Shown here one piece after another: positions 1 to 7,621 of a stretch of DNA of 20,000 nt. Origin of the DNA: an uncultured virus (IMG/VR IMGVR_UViG_3300046782_000829). Taxonomy: Duplodnaviria > Heunggongvirae > Uroviricota > Caudoviricetes. The stretch lies in IMG/VR virus record IMGVR_UViG_3300046782_000829. One strand, given 5' to 3'. Positions within the stretch are counted from its first letter, which is position 1. The number at the start of each line of letters is the position of its first letter. The notes below the pieces were generated by a model. The model did no database searches. It saw nothing but the letters and a program-made list of their open reading frames with translations, and was not told where the DNA came from. Both the position numbers and the translations under genes were made by a program.

Positions 1-437
1 TTCTGGTTCTTGTCCGCGACCGCGCGCTGGTGCTGGATCAGGACCTCGCCCTGACGCCCATACATGGTCGAGACACGCTCGAGCGAGAAGTTCGGCGGGA
101 GCGGATCGACCTTTGGTTTCCCCGAGGGGCCGCGCTCGCTCTTCACCCACTGCTTCGTCAGCTTTCCCTTCTCGTAATGGTCCGAGTTCCCCTTCAGCCG
201 CATCGGTTCCGGAACCGGCTTCTGCCATCCGTACGCGGGCGCGAGCCCCTGCGAGGCTGCGAACTTCCGGACGACTCCGAGCGCGTGCAGGATGCTCGAC
301 GGCGATATCCCCATGCGGCGCGCTGCTTCGTGCGCGTTCCCACCGCACTCAATCGTAAGGTCGATCTTCGCAAGCTGCGTTGGAGTCGTGACGAACTGCT
401 TGAGCTGTTCGAGCTCGCCGACGCTCGCGCTCGGCAC
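1..437 (-). CDS. Partial CDS (runs off the window start): N-terminal HTH protein, probably of the phage HTH + metallophosphoesterase type
   Basis: Not in the ORF track. Manual translation from GTG 437 (GAGG upstream) is open to the edge: ...GNAHEAARRMGISPSSILHAL (HTH-like)...PVPEPMRLKGNSDHYEKGKLTKQWVKS... The phosphoesterase domain would lie outside the window, so that part is inference. Confidence 0.6.
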   Translation of the reverse strand, partial: MPSASVGELEQLKQFVTTPTQLAKIDLTIECGGNAHEAARRMGISPSSILHALGVVRKFAASQGLAPAYGWQKPVPEPMRLKGNSDHYEKGKLTKQWVKSERGPSGKPKVDPLPPNFSLERVSTMYGRQGEVLIQHQRAVADKNQ

Positions 438-454
438 TCCGCCTCGCCGAACCC

Positions 455-838
455 CTAGGAACGGGGTCGCGGAGACTTCCGCCTCCGGAGCGTGAACGCT
501 GCCCGCGGAGGACTTGGGAACCGGAACCCGACGGACCTTAGGATCGGTAGCTGATGAACGGCGTGACATTCGATGAACTGCTCCTTGTATTCGAACCCGG
601 TGTCCTCGAGCGCAACGTGCCCGAGTTCGTGGAGGAGCGTCGTTTCCCAGGTCCCACGGGGAGCCCGGGGATTCAGGTAGATCCGCCGGGCGGTGAACTC
701 GACGAACGCGTGGTCGTCGATCCCGTCAGCGTTACGACCGAAGCCGGCGACTATCTCGGGGGTCGCGAAGTAGACCCGCCACGCGCGGTGGCGGTCGTCG
801 CGGAACCCGAACCAGAAGACCGGCTTCAGCTTCGCCAC
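455..838 (-). CDS. Small HExxH zinc metallopeptidase-like protein
   Basis: RIYLNP...TTLLHELGHVAL followed by a downstream EQFIE helix, a minimal zincin layout. Confidence 0.65.
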   Translation of the reverse strand: MAKLKPVFWFGFRDDRHRAWRVYFATPEIVAGFGRNADGIDDHAFVEFTARRIYLNPRAPRGTWETTLLHELGHVALEDTGFEYKEQFIECHAVHQLPILRSVGFRFPSPPRAAFTLRRRKSPRPRS

Positions 839-885
839 GAGGGGTCTATGACGCCCCCACCGGACCCCTACAAGTTATCCCCAGG

Positions 886-1473
886 TTAGCGAGCCGTTCG
901 GGGGAAGGCCGGTGACGCTACGTCCCACGCGTCGAGCTCGGGGGTCCCGAGGTGAAGCGAGCAGTTCGGGCCGTCCCGGAGCCCGCTATACATCACGCTC
1001 GGGAGCGGGCCCTCGTAGTGAAGGTCGCCACCGGCGAACCGGAGCCCGAGCGCGTGGCCGAACTCGTGAAGCATCGCCCGGCGGAGCTCGTCCTCCGTGA
1101 ACCCGAACCCCGCCACGATCGCGGGGTCGATCCCGATGTGGGCCGTCAGGGGCTCCGGGTTCTCGGCTCGCCAGCCCGTGCCGGCCAAGTGGGGCGCTAC
1201 CGCTTCCGACTCGACCCGCCAGGTCCCGTCGTGCCACTCCGACCCCGCCGGAACCGAGACGACGAGGAACGACATCCCGGTCGCGGCCGACCACTCGGTC
1301 GCGGCTTCCTGGACCGGTTGAAAAAAGGTCTCGTCCGCCTCCACGATGACGTCCGCGGCCCTCGCGACTACCTGCCCGGCCTGGGGCGCCGGGTCGACCG
1401 TCGGGACCGGGCCGGCCCCGTAGGCGCACGCGTTCGCCAGCATCATCGTCGCCACCAGAATCATCTTCTTCAT
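886..1473 (-). CDS. Secreted/lipoprotein matrixin-like (metzincin) metalloprotease
   Basis: MKKMILVATMMLANAC signal peptide with a lipobox-like Cys; HEFGHALGL...H; Met-turn-like SVMY. Start 1473 chosen because it lies 7 nt after a TATGAT -10 hexamer. Confidence 0.75.
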   Translation of the reverse strand: MKKMILVATMMLANACAYGAGPVPTVDPAPQAGQVVARAADVIVEADETFFQPVQEAATEWSAATGMSFLVVSVPAGSEWHDGTWRVESEAVAPHLAGTGWRAENPEPLTAHIGIDPAIVAGFGFTEDELRRAMLHEFGHALGLRFAGGDLHYEGPLPSVMYSGLRDGPNCSLHLGTPELDAWDVASPAFPRTAR

Positions 1474-1515
1474 GTCTCTCATCATACTTGTCTAGACGAC
1501 GTTGTCTAGACAATC
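1474..1515 (-). promoter_or_regulatory. Double-box promoter/operator, copy 1 (variant, 14-bp period)
   Basis: TGTCTAGACG-acgt-TGTCTAGACA (1489-1512). Minus strand reads TAGACA-N16-TATGAT-N7-ATG(1473). Confidence 0.8.
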
Positions 1516-1517
1516 TT

Positions 1518-1542
1518 AAGCGCCGTAAGCGCTTTCTTTTTT
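1518..1542 (+). terminator. Hairpin plus T-tract; terminator-like on +, A-tract/UP-element-like on -
   Basis: AAGCGC-cgtaa-GCGCTT followed by TCTTTTTT. Confidence 0.4.
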
Positions 1543-1559
1543 GACGAGAGTGGGCGCGG

Positions 1560-1745
1560 TTAAGAAGAAAGGTAGGACGACATCGCCTTCCGGATCAGAT
1601 CCGTGATCCCGATGCCTTCCTGAAGGGCCCGGACCCGCCAGGTCTCATACTCGGAATGCCGGAACCGGAACCCTCTCATCTTCGAGCTCTCGGGAGTCGG
1701 CGGAGTCGGGTCCGGCGGAACGGACTTCTGTTTTTTGGTTCTCAT
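1560..1745 (-). CDS. Ribbon-helix-helix (CopG/Arc/MetJ-like) DNA-binding protein
   Basis: Alternating beta strand KMRGFRF, helix HSEYETWRVRALQEG, turn G-I-G, helix ITDLIRKAMSSYL. Confidence 0.7.
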   Translation of the reverse strand: MRTKKQKSVPPDPTPPTPESSKMRGFRFRHSEYETWRVRALQEGIGITDLIRKAMSSYLSS

Positions 1746-1749
1746 GGGA

Positions 1750-1759
1750 TGTCTATACG
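1750..1759. promoter_or_regulatory. Degenerate single box just upstream of the RHH start codon
   Basis: TGTCTATACG, 8/10 match to TGTCTAGACA, 4 nt from ATG 1745. Confidence 0.5.
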
Positions 1760-1808
1760 GGCTTTCAACCCTCCCGTACACCCCTCCAGTACCAGAGGGC
1801 GCGGGGTA

Positions 1809-2012
1809 CTAACGAAGGACGGACGCGAGAGCTAGGCGGGTCGTCGTACGAGCCGCCCGGACTTTCGCCGACGATCTTCGGATCTCCCAGATCCGAGCCG
1901 CGATCCGGCCCGCGTCCTCGGCTCGCCCCGCCCGCATCGCGAGCTTCCACTCCTCCTGCAACCCCGCGATCAACTCCGTTTCCATCTTCCGTCCCTCCTG
2001 CGTTCGTTCCAT
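1809..2012 (-). CDS. Hypothetical protein (alternative start 1985)
   Basis: Helical ORF; GGAGG upstream of ATG 1985; box at 2031 upstream. Confidence 0.55.
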   Translation of the reverse strand: MERTQEGRKMETELIAGLQEEWKLAMRAGRAEDAGRIAARIWEIRRSSAKVRAARTTTRLALASVLR

Positions 2013-2030
2013 GCCCCTTAGGAACGGCGC

Positions 2031-2040
2031 TGTCTAGACA
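2031..2040. promoter_or_regulatory. Single perfect TGTCTAGACA box
   Basis: Exact palindrome 18 nt upstream of ATG 2012; shares the upstream AAGAAAGCG..TTAA context with copy 1. Confidence 0.65.
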
Positions 2041-2236
2041 ACCTTTAACGCTTTCTTGCGGCATCGCGGGAGGGGGAAAGGACGACATTGCGCCCGCTGG
2101 CCTCACGAGGATCCGGCGGTAGCCGATCCGGCGGAGCTGTGAGACCGCGAGGTCAACGAACCCACCCTGTCGGGTCAGCGTCACGTTCCGGCTTCCCTCT
2201 CGGTGGTGCGTCCCGATAACCCGGTAGGATTCGTCT

Positions 2237-2563
2237 TCACACATCGAGTTCCTCTTTCGCGATCTCACACAGCAGTTTTGACGCAACCGGGTCGAGCGCG
2301 TGAAGGCGTCCGAATGCGGTCCTACGAGTCAGCGGGTACTCGAGCTCGGCCGCCGCGTGAAGTCCCCCGGATGACCCCGGGAACAACTCGAGCGCGAGGT
2401 CCGACCAAGGTGCCTTCCGGGCCGAGCTCGACTTCCGGACGACTCCGTCGGTCCCCCGGACGAGCGCGAAGATCCGGTAGAACCCACGCTGGTCCCAGAA
2501 CGCGCGGCCCGCGCGCCAGTCCCGCAACATGCACCGGTACAGGTGGGCGCGTCGTTCGATCAC
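2237..2563 (-). CDS. Hypothetical protein
   Basis: GTGA overlap with the upstream ORF. Confidence 0.6.
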   Translation of the reverse strand: MIERRAHLYRCMLRDWRAGRAFWDQRGFYRIFALVRGTDGVVRKSSSARKAPWSDLALELFPGSSGGLHAAAELEYPLTRRTAFGRLHALDPVASKLLCEIAKEELDV

Positions 2564-3048
2564 GCCGGATCCCTTTCGCTCGACAGCTTCCGCCGCATAT
2601 CCTGCTCGAGTTCGTCGAGCGCTCCCGGGAACGACTCCCGAATGGTCTCGCCGGCGATGGAGCGCCCCAGTACCTGCTGAAACAACCGGTACGCGAGGTT
2701 CGTCGGGTCGGCCCGGAGCGGGGCCACTAGGCTCGTTTTCGACAGGCTAGCGAGGCACTCGGCGGTCGTCCCAGGCTTGAGATCTTCATCGCGCGCTACG
2801 CGGTCGAGGAGCTCTTGAACGTGGTGCCGGTACAGGCGCTCGTTCCGGAACTCAGACAGCATTCCCGGGTAGAGGATCCGGAACGCCCCGTGGATCGCAT
2901 CGGCTCGTTTCGGGTGCGCCCGCTTCGCGCGCGCGATCTCTTTTTCCGCGACCCCCATGCAGTCGAACGCCCACGAGATAGACGACGCGATGCCGGTCTC
3001 GACCCCGAGGAGGTGAGCGATGTCCTTCCCGGTAGGGAACGCGCTCAC
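2560..3048 (-). CDS. Hypothetical protein
   Basis: GTG 3048 overlaps the upstream TGA; globular helical composition. Confidence 0.7.
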   Translation of the reverse strand: MSAFPTGKDIAHLLGVETGIASSISWAFDCMGVAEKEIARAKRAHPKRADAIHGAFRILYPGMLSEFRNERLYRHHVQELLDRVARDEDLKPGTTAECLASLSKTSLVAPLRADPTNLAYRLFQQVLGRSIAGETIRESFPGALDELEQDMRRKLSSERDPA

Positions 3049-3317
3049 GACTGCGCCTCGATCCGGATCATATCGGTGACGGCGCCCGCGATACGGGTAG
3101 GGGAGCACCCTTCGTGCCGGGACCAGATGACCCGGTCGCTCTCGTAGTCCCAGCAGCCGACCGCGAACCCAACCCACTCGCCCGCAACATTCTGATCGAC
3201 CTCTACCCGGCCGGAGCCGGCCCACCAGCGAACTTCGAGCTCGATGCCGCCCGGGAGCTCGCCCCCCATCGTTCGGGTCGGCTCGGAAGCCCTACGGGGC
3301 GGGAACGCGGCCCTCAT
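3045..3317 (-). CDS. Hypothetical protein
   Basis: ATGA overlap with 3314..3547. Confidence 0.6.
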   Translation of the reverse strand: MRAAFPPRRASEPTRTMGGELPGGIELEVRWWAGSGRVEVDQNVAGEWVGFAVGCWDYESDRVIWSRHEGCSPTRIAGAVTDMIRIEAQS

Positions 3318-3547
3318 CGGGCGAGCTCGCGCGAGTACGTGTGGGTCCCGTAGAGCGGGCTCCAGGTCGCGACGAGCGTCCCAGCGCGGTCGATCCGAGC
3401 CTCGAACCCGCGACCGCGAGCAGCCGTCAGGGCCTCCTCGTAGGAAGCGGTTTCGATCGGCTCGTGCCACGAGAAGTTACAGGAGCGGACCACGTAGAGG
3501 TTGGGATTCTGAACCGTCGTTTTGGCTGCCGTCGTCATCGTCTTCAT
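3314..3547 (-). CDS. Hypothetical protein, first gene after promoter copy 2
   Basis: ATG 6 nt after TAGTGT; no SD. Confidence 0.75.
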   Translation of the reverse strand: MKTMTTAAKTTVQNPNLYVVRSCNFSWHEPIETASYEEALTAARGRGFEARIDRAGTLVATWSPLYGTHTYSRELAR

Positions 3548-3590
3548 GATCCAACACTAGCGTGTCTAGACACCGTGTCTAGACAATTCG
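3548..3590 (-). promoter_or_regulatory. Double-box promoter/operator, copy 2
   Basis: TGTCTAGACA-ccg-TGTCTAGACA-attcg (3563-3590). Minus strand reads TAGACA-N16-TAGTGT-N6-ATG(3547). Confidence 0.85.
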
Positions 3591-3599
3591 CATCTCCCC

Positions 3600-3851
3600 C
3601 TAACGAATCTTGAATTGGACCGTGTTCAGCTCAAGATGACTGCCCCACCGGATCGCAGTCCCGCCGAGGTGGACGGTGTCGGTTACGTCGATCCGGGCGC
3701 CCGGTTGGGACTCCTGGATCGTCGGAAGGAGCTCCCGCCAGACATCATGCATCACGAGATGGCCGACCAAGAGCGCTTCGGGCTTCCGACCCGTTTCGAG
3801 CTCGATTAGGCGTGCGAGTGCAATCAACAACCCTACCGTCGGTTTAGGCAT
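3600..3851 (-). CDS. Hypothetical protein
   Basis: Strong SD (AAGGAG) in an AT-rich leader. Confidence 0.7.
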   Translation of the reverse strand: MPKPTVGLLIALARLIELETGRKPEALLVGHLVMHDVWRELLPTIQESQPGARIDVTDTVHLGGTAIRWGSHLELNTVQFKIR

Positions 3852-3909
3852 TGTTCTCTCTCCTTTTTTGGTTCACAGCAACCGTACTTTTCTTCCGCAA
3901 AACTTGCGC

Positions 3910-4596
3910 CTACATCCGCATCGGCATGACGACGATCGACCATTCGGACCCATTCGCGGGACACCGGACCGTCCCGAGGAGCGGATCCAGATCGCTCGCG
4001 GGCGGTTGGATCTCGACTCCCGGGTAGAGTTTATCGGTCCCCCGGTCGGAACGTTTAATGATCGTCGGCGGGCACGCCTTCGTCACAAGCGCGAGGTCCG
4101 CCAGGTACGGACCGTTGAAGCAGGCCGTCGCGCCCCCCTTGTGCTTCGGGTCGCGCCGTTCCGGTACGACCGCGTCGAGATGGTTCGGCGCTTCGTCCGA
4201 CAGGAACGCCTCGTAGGAGGCGCGGCAGAAGTTCGATCCGGGCGAGATGGGCTCCATCACCTCGACGCGGCACTTCGCGATCTCGGACGCGGAACCGGGC
4301 CCCGTGATCCGGATCTCGTCCTTCGGAGCCGCATGCTTGATCGCGCTCTCGACGGTCTCGCGCTTAACGCCCTCGACGGGGCGCTCGATCGCGCGGTCGT
4401 GGTCGACCCGCTCCCCCTTCAGGATCGCGCCGCGGTGCCCGTCCGTAGCCCAGCAGCGACCCGTCTTCTGGTCGAGCACCAGGATCGATATCCCGGGGCG
4501 CGTAACATCCGTCGACATGAACGCGAGGAGCGCGACGAGCTCCTGCTTCGAGAAGTGCCAGGTCGTTCGCCCCGATTCGTCTACCGTCGTTTTCAC
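3910..4596 (-). CDS. DnaN (beta sliding clamp)-like protein, domains II-III only
   Basis: FMSTDVTRP...WATDGHRG, FNGPYLADL and C-terminal VVMPMRM match DnaN motifs (ATDGHRL, FNxxYxxD, VVMPMRL); only 228 aa. Confidence 0.75.
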   Translation of the reverse strand: MKTTVDESGRTTWHFSKQELVALLAFMSTDVTRPGISILVLDQKTGRCWATDGHRGAILKGERVDHDRAIERPVEGVKRETVESAIKHAAPKDEIRITGPGSASEIAKCRVEVMEPISPGSNFCRASYEAFLSDEAPNHLDAVVPERRDPKHKGGATACFNGPYLADLALVTKACPPTIIKRSDRGTDKLYPGVEIQPPASDLDPLLGTVRCPANGSEWSIVVMPMRM

Positions 4597-4916
4597 GAGA
4601 CCACCGCCGGTGCATAGGCACGAACGAGCCGCGGTAGGTCGGATAGGCGCGTGCGATGGGGCTCTCGGACGTGCTTATCGAGAGCTTTCCGAGCTCCCTT
4701 AACTAGGGAGCGGAGTTCCGACTTCTCATATAGTCCGATCTCGTCGGCGAGAATCCAAAGTAGATTCGTGGGCAACGAGCGGGCAACGACCTGGCCGATA
4801 ATCGTGGTCGTCAGGTACCCGTCCGACCAGCCCTGGACGAGCACGTTATCAGCCGTTCGGCGAGAAAAGATGATATGGGGAGCCGAACATCCACACGAAC
4901 AATTCGTCGTCTTCAT
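4593..4916 (-). CDS. Hypothetical protein, first gene after promoter copy 3
   Basis: ATG 4916 lies 7 nt after TAGTAT; GTGA overlap with the clamp gene. Confidence 0.7.
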   Translation of the reverse strand: MKTTNCSCGCSAPHIIFSRRTADNVLVQGWSDGYLTTTIIGQVVARSLPTNLLWILADEIGLYEKSELRSLVKGARKALDKHVREPHRTRLSDLPRLVRAYAPAVVS

Positions 4917-4960
4917 GAACCTCATACTAGCGTGTCTAGACACGGTGTCTAGACAATTCG
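4917..4960 (-). promoter_or_regulatory. Double-box promoter/operator, copy 3
   Basis: TGTCTAGACA-cgg-TGTCTAGACA-attcg (4933-4960). Minus strand reads TAGACA-N16-TAGTAT-N7-ATG(4916). Confidence 0.85.
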
Positions 4961-5005
4961 ACAGCCTCCGTTGACCTACCTGGGGGACCGGGGGAGGATC
5001 CGGTC

Positions 5006-5737
5006 ATGCGAACTATCTGCGGGGCCCCCGGGATCGAGCACCTAACGCCGGACGAACTACGGGGGTTCTGCGGGACCGCCGACCAACTCTCGATACAGCC
5101 GGATTGGCTCGCATGCGTCGTCTCGTTCGAAACCGCCGGGACCTTCAGCCCGAGTCAGCGGAACCGGTGGGCCGTCATCGACGCGCAGAAGCGCGGCGTT
5201 CCGTATCAGGGGGCCGTCGGGCTGATCCAGTTCATGCCCTCGACCGCGAAGCTGCTCGGCACGTCCCCCTACGGGCTCGCCCAGATGACGGTCCTGGAGC
5301 AGCTCCCGTTCGTCGAGCGATACCTCGGCTCGTACCGCGGCCGGATGGACTCGCTCGAGAACACGTACCTGGGGGTCTTCTACCCGGCCGCGATCGGACA
5401 GGAAGATTCGTGGGTCGTGGCGGCCCGCGATGGGTCGAAGCTGAACAACCACGACACCGTTACGCCGGCGGAGCGGGATCGCTCAAAGGCCATCTACCGG
5501 CAGAACGCCGGGTTCGACTCCGGCGATACCGGGTTCGTCACCCGAGGCGACGTCTGCCGAACGATCCGAGAAGTTCAGTCGCGGGCGGCGCAGAATCCTC
5601 GCGTCGATGTTCCGGATGCGCCCGTCGACGTCAGCGCGGCCGAGGCACAGGCACGCGGGGCAGAGGCAATCGCGGAAGCGCTTCGGGACGACCCTTCGAT
5701 CCTCGACGGCGACGGGAATCCTTCGGATCCCGCATGA
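5006..5737 (+). CDS. Lytic transglycosylase / lysozyme-like peptidoglycan hydrolase
   Basis: WLACVVSFETAGTFSP (catalytic Glu helix), GAVGLIQFMPSTA, EQL..V..Y, Y..N.G.D motifs; GGAGG upstream. Confidence 0.85.
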   Translation: MRTICGAPGIEHLTPDELRGFCGTADQLSIQPDWLACVVSFETAGTFSPSQRNRWAVIDAQKRGVPYQGAVGLIQFMPSTAKLLGTSPYGLAQMTVLEQLPFVERYLGSYRGRMDSLENTYLGVFYPAAIGQEDSWVVAARDGSKLNNHDTVTPAERDRSKAIYRQNAGFDSGDTGFVTRGDVCRTIREVQSRAAQNPRVDVPDAPVDVSAAEAQARGAEAIAEALRDDPSILDGDGNPSDPA

Positions 5738-6017
5738 GCCACCGGTAGTTGAGCGTCTGGGTCGTCTCGCGGATCGACTCGGCGGACGCTTCGCGCGCAG
5801 CCGCCCGATAGTCGGGAATGGTTTGGGTCCCCTTCAGCGGCAGAAGCTTCGCGAGAATCTTGGCCTGGACGATCAACATCATGAGGCGCTTCCGGGCCCC
5901 ATACGGCATCGTGTCGGGACCGGGTTCGAGCCACGTGTTCCGGAAGGGCCCCGTGTACGTAAGGCCACAATACTCAACCTGCTTCGCGATGCGTCTCCTA
6001 CGTGCTTGTCGGCTCAT
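5631..6017 (-). CDS. Hypothetical basic protein
   Basis: ATGA overlap with 6014..6346; the 3' end overlaps the convergent lysin gene by 107 bp. Confidence 0.45.
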   Translation of the reverse strand: MSRQARRRRIAKQVEYCGLTYTGPFRNTWLEPGPDTMPYGARKRLMMLIVQAKILAKLLPLKGTQTIPDYRAAAREASAESIRETTQTLNYRWLMRDPKDSRRRRGSKGRPEALPRLPLPRVPVPRPR

Positions 6018-6346
6018 CGGCGGGCCGGCAGAAGACGCTGAGGGTGGTTCGGGCATCCGTACGCTCGCCCGTTCTCGTCCGTGTGTTCGAGCCACCCGAT
6101 CGAGAACGCGACCTGCCGGGATTCCTCGGCCCCGCACCAGCAGCACCGGACGAGTTCCTTCGGCGACACGACGATCGTCTGGCGTTCCAGCGCCGGCGTT
6201 ACCTTCATCTCCGTGATGTGCTCGTACCCCCCGTACACGTTGAGGCGAGCTTCCGCGTCGTCCTGCGCCTCCACGGTACAGGAAAAGGCGTGGAAGATTC
6301 CGATCGCCCCGACCCGGCGGCCGATCCCGCTGACCTCGAACGTCAT
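6014..6346 (-). CDS. Hypothetical protein with a Cys/His cluster
   Basis: CCWC...CPNH; TGATG overlap with the upstream ORF. Confidence 0.65.
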   Translation of the reverse strand: MTFEVSGIGRRVGAIGIFHAFSCTVEAQDDAEARLNVYGGYEHITEMKVTPALERQTIVVSPKELVRCCWCGAEESRQVAFSIGWLEHTDENGRAYGCPNHPQRLLPARR

Positions 6347-6657
6347 CAGAATGCCCTCGAGTTCGTGTGAAGGCGGCGCTGTCGCCTCCGAACCTTCCCG
6401 AGCGTTCGGTGATGAAGCGCCGCCGCGCGAGAGCTCGCCCAGCTCGGGGGAGGTGGTGGTGAAAGCAGACTCACAAACGAGATCGCGGCTCCGGCGTTAT
6501 GCCAGGCGTCCCGCGGCGCAAGCGAGGGGCGCGCTGCCGTTTGGATTCGATCTTTGATCGTCGTTCCGCACGTCGGGCACGCGAGATAAACGGCAGCGTA
6601 AAGATCTTCCGTCTTTAGAGTTCCGACGAACGCTCGGCAGCACGGGTTCTGTTCCAT
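6346..6657 (-). CDS. Hypothetical Zn-ribbon-like protein
   Basis: MEQNPCC...CPTCG; coupled to the downstream ORF. Confidence 0.5.
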   Translation of the reverse strand: MEQNPCCRAFVGTLKTEDLYAAVYLACPTCGTTIKDRIQTAARPSLAPRDAWHNAGAAISFVSLLSPPPPPSWASSRAAALHHRTLGKVRRRQRRLHTNSRAF

Positions 6658-6681
6658 TGCCCCGGGATGGCGCCCCGGATG

Positions 6682-6703
6682 ACCGCGCCGCGCGGCGCGG
6701 TGG
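6682..6703. repeat. GC-rich perfect palindrome, copy A
   Basis: ACCGCGCCGCGCGGCGCGGT(GG) between divergent starts 6657(-) and 6715(+). Confidence 0.85.
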
Positions 6704-6714
6704 TAGGGTGCGGG

Positions 6715-7002
6715 ATGGGAATCGCGATCTGCCCGAAGTGCCTCGCGAGCGGCGAGGAGCACGACCCGCGGGGATACACGAAGCGCGCCTGCGGGCTCTG
6801 CGGTGGGGCTTGTCTGGTCGACCAGGAGGTCCGGCGCCGTTGGATGGTCGAAAACGGCCAAGCGCCATTCGAACTCGACGAGGAGGTGACGCGGGTCCCG
6901 TGCCCGTCCTGTAACCCATGCCGGTATTGCGAGAACGAGCGGTACGTCGACGCCGCGGAAGCGGAAGTGATCCGGGCGCTCCTGCTGGGAGCCAAGCCGT
7001 AA
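6715..7002 (+). CDS. Cys-rich zinc-finger protein
   Basis: CPKC, CGLCGG, CPSCNPCRYC. Confidence 0.6.
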   Translation: MGIAICPKCLASGEEHDPRGYTKRACGLCGGACLVDQEVRRRWMVENGQAPFELDEEVTRVPCPSCNPCRYCENERYVDAAEAEVIRALLLGAKP

Positions 7003-7004
7003 CG

Positions 7005-7196
7005 ATGCTGCCGTGTGGATGCACCAGCGAAGCCCCGTGCCCGGCGGCCGCTTGGCTGTTCCGACGCCAGAAGGTTCGGGGGTACGAGCTTCATCTTCGG
7101 TATGCGGTTCAGCGCCAGGAAGCGGACCTAAAGCGAGATGAGCGCCGGCGTGCGGCCGATGCCGCCCGGCTCGCCCGAATCGTTACGCGGTTTTGA
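7005..7196 (+). CDS. Hypothetical protein
   Basis: ATG 2 nt after the upstream stop; CGC....PC. Confidence 0.45.
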   Translation: MLPCGCTSEAPCPAAAWLFRRQKVRGYELHLRYAVQRQEADLKRDERRRAADAARLARIVTRF

Positions 7197-7241
7197 CCGA
7201 CCGGGTTGCGGGGCCCGGGCGCGGCCCGCTACCCAGTAGGG

Positions 7242-7601
7242 ATGCAGACCCGGCTCGTCGGTCCCGACCACGACGTCCCACGGAACATCCTACCGCCCGA
7301 AGCTTCGGGCGACTTCCCGCAGCTCGACCCGGTTCAGTTCGCGGTCGTACGCCGACACCAAGGCAAGACGGTTGGGTTCCTCCGGTACGAGTTCGACCGC
7401 ACCGGACAGCTCTGCGCGGCCGGCACGTGGGTCGCGAGCACCGAACGCCGCAGGGGAGCGGCCGCGGAGCTCTGGCGGTACCTGCTCCGGAAGACACGCC
7501 CGCGGGCCGTCTGGGTCCGGACCGTCACGCCCGGCGGTCGCGCGCTCGTCGCGGCACTCGTCCGCGAGTTCCCCCGGATCCGCTGGACCGTCGTCGGGTA
7601 A
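7242..7601 (+). CDS. GNAT-family N-acetyltransferase
   Basis: Beta-rich VVRRHQGKTVGFLRYE followed by the acetyl-CoA motif A, WVASTERRRGAAAELW. Confidence 0.75.
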   Translation: MQTRLVGPDHDVPRNILPPEASGDFPQLDPVQFAVVRRHQGKTVGFLRYEFDRTGQLCAAGTWVASTERRRGAAAELWRYLLRKTRPRAVWVRTVTPGGRALVAALVREFPRIRWTVVG

Positions 7602-7621
7602 AGCAGGGCCGATGTTCTGCA

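Noticed and set aside
1765..2286. 173-aa minus-strand ORF crossing the 2031 box
   Set aside because: Overlaps 1809..2012 in another frame and has a low-complexity tail; a shorter gene in 2050-2240 cannot be excluded.
3676..4617. Long + strand ORFs (e.g. 3676..4617, 11156..11875, 16615..17325, 952..1509)
   Set aside because: Antisense shadows of better-supported minus-strand genes; Arg/Pro-rich translations typical of GC-rich off-frames.
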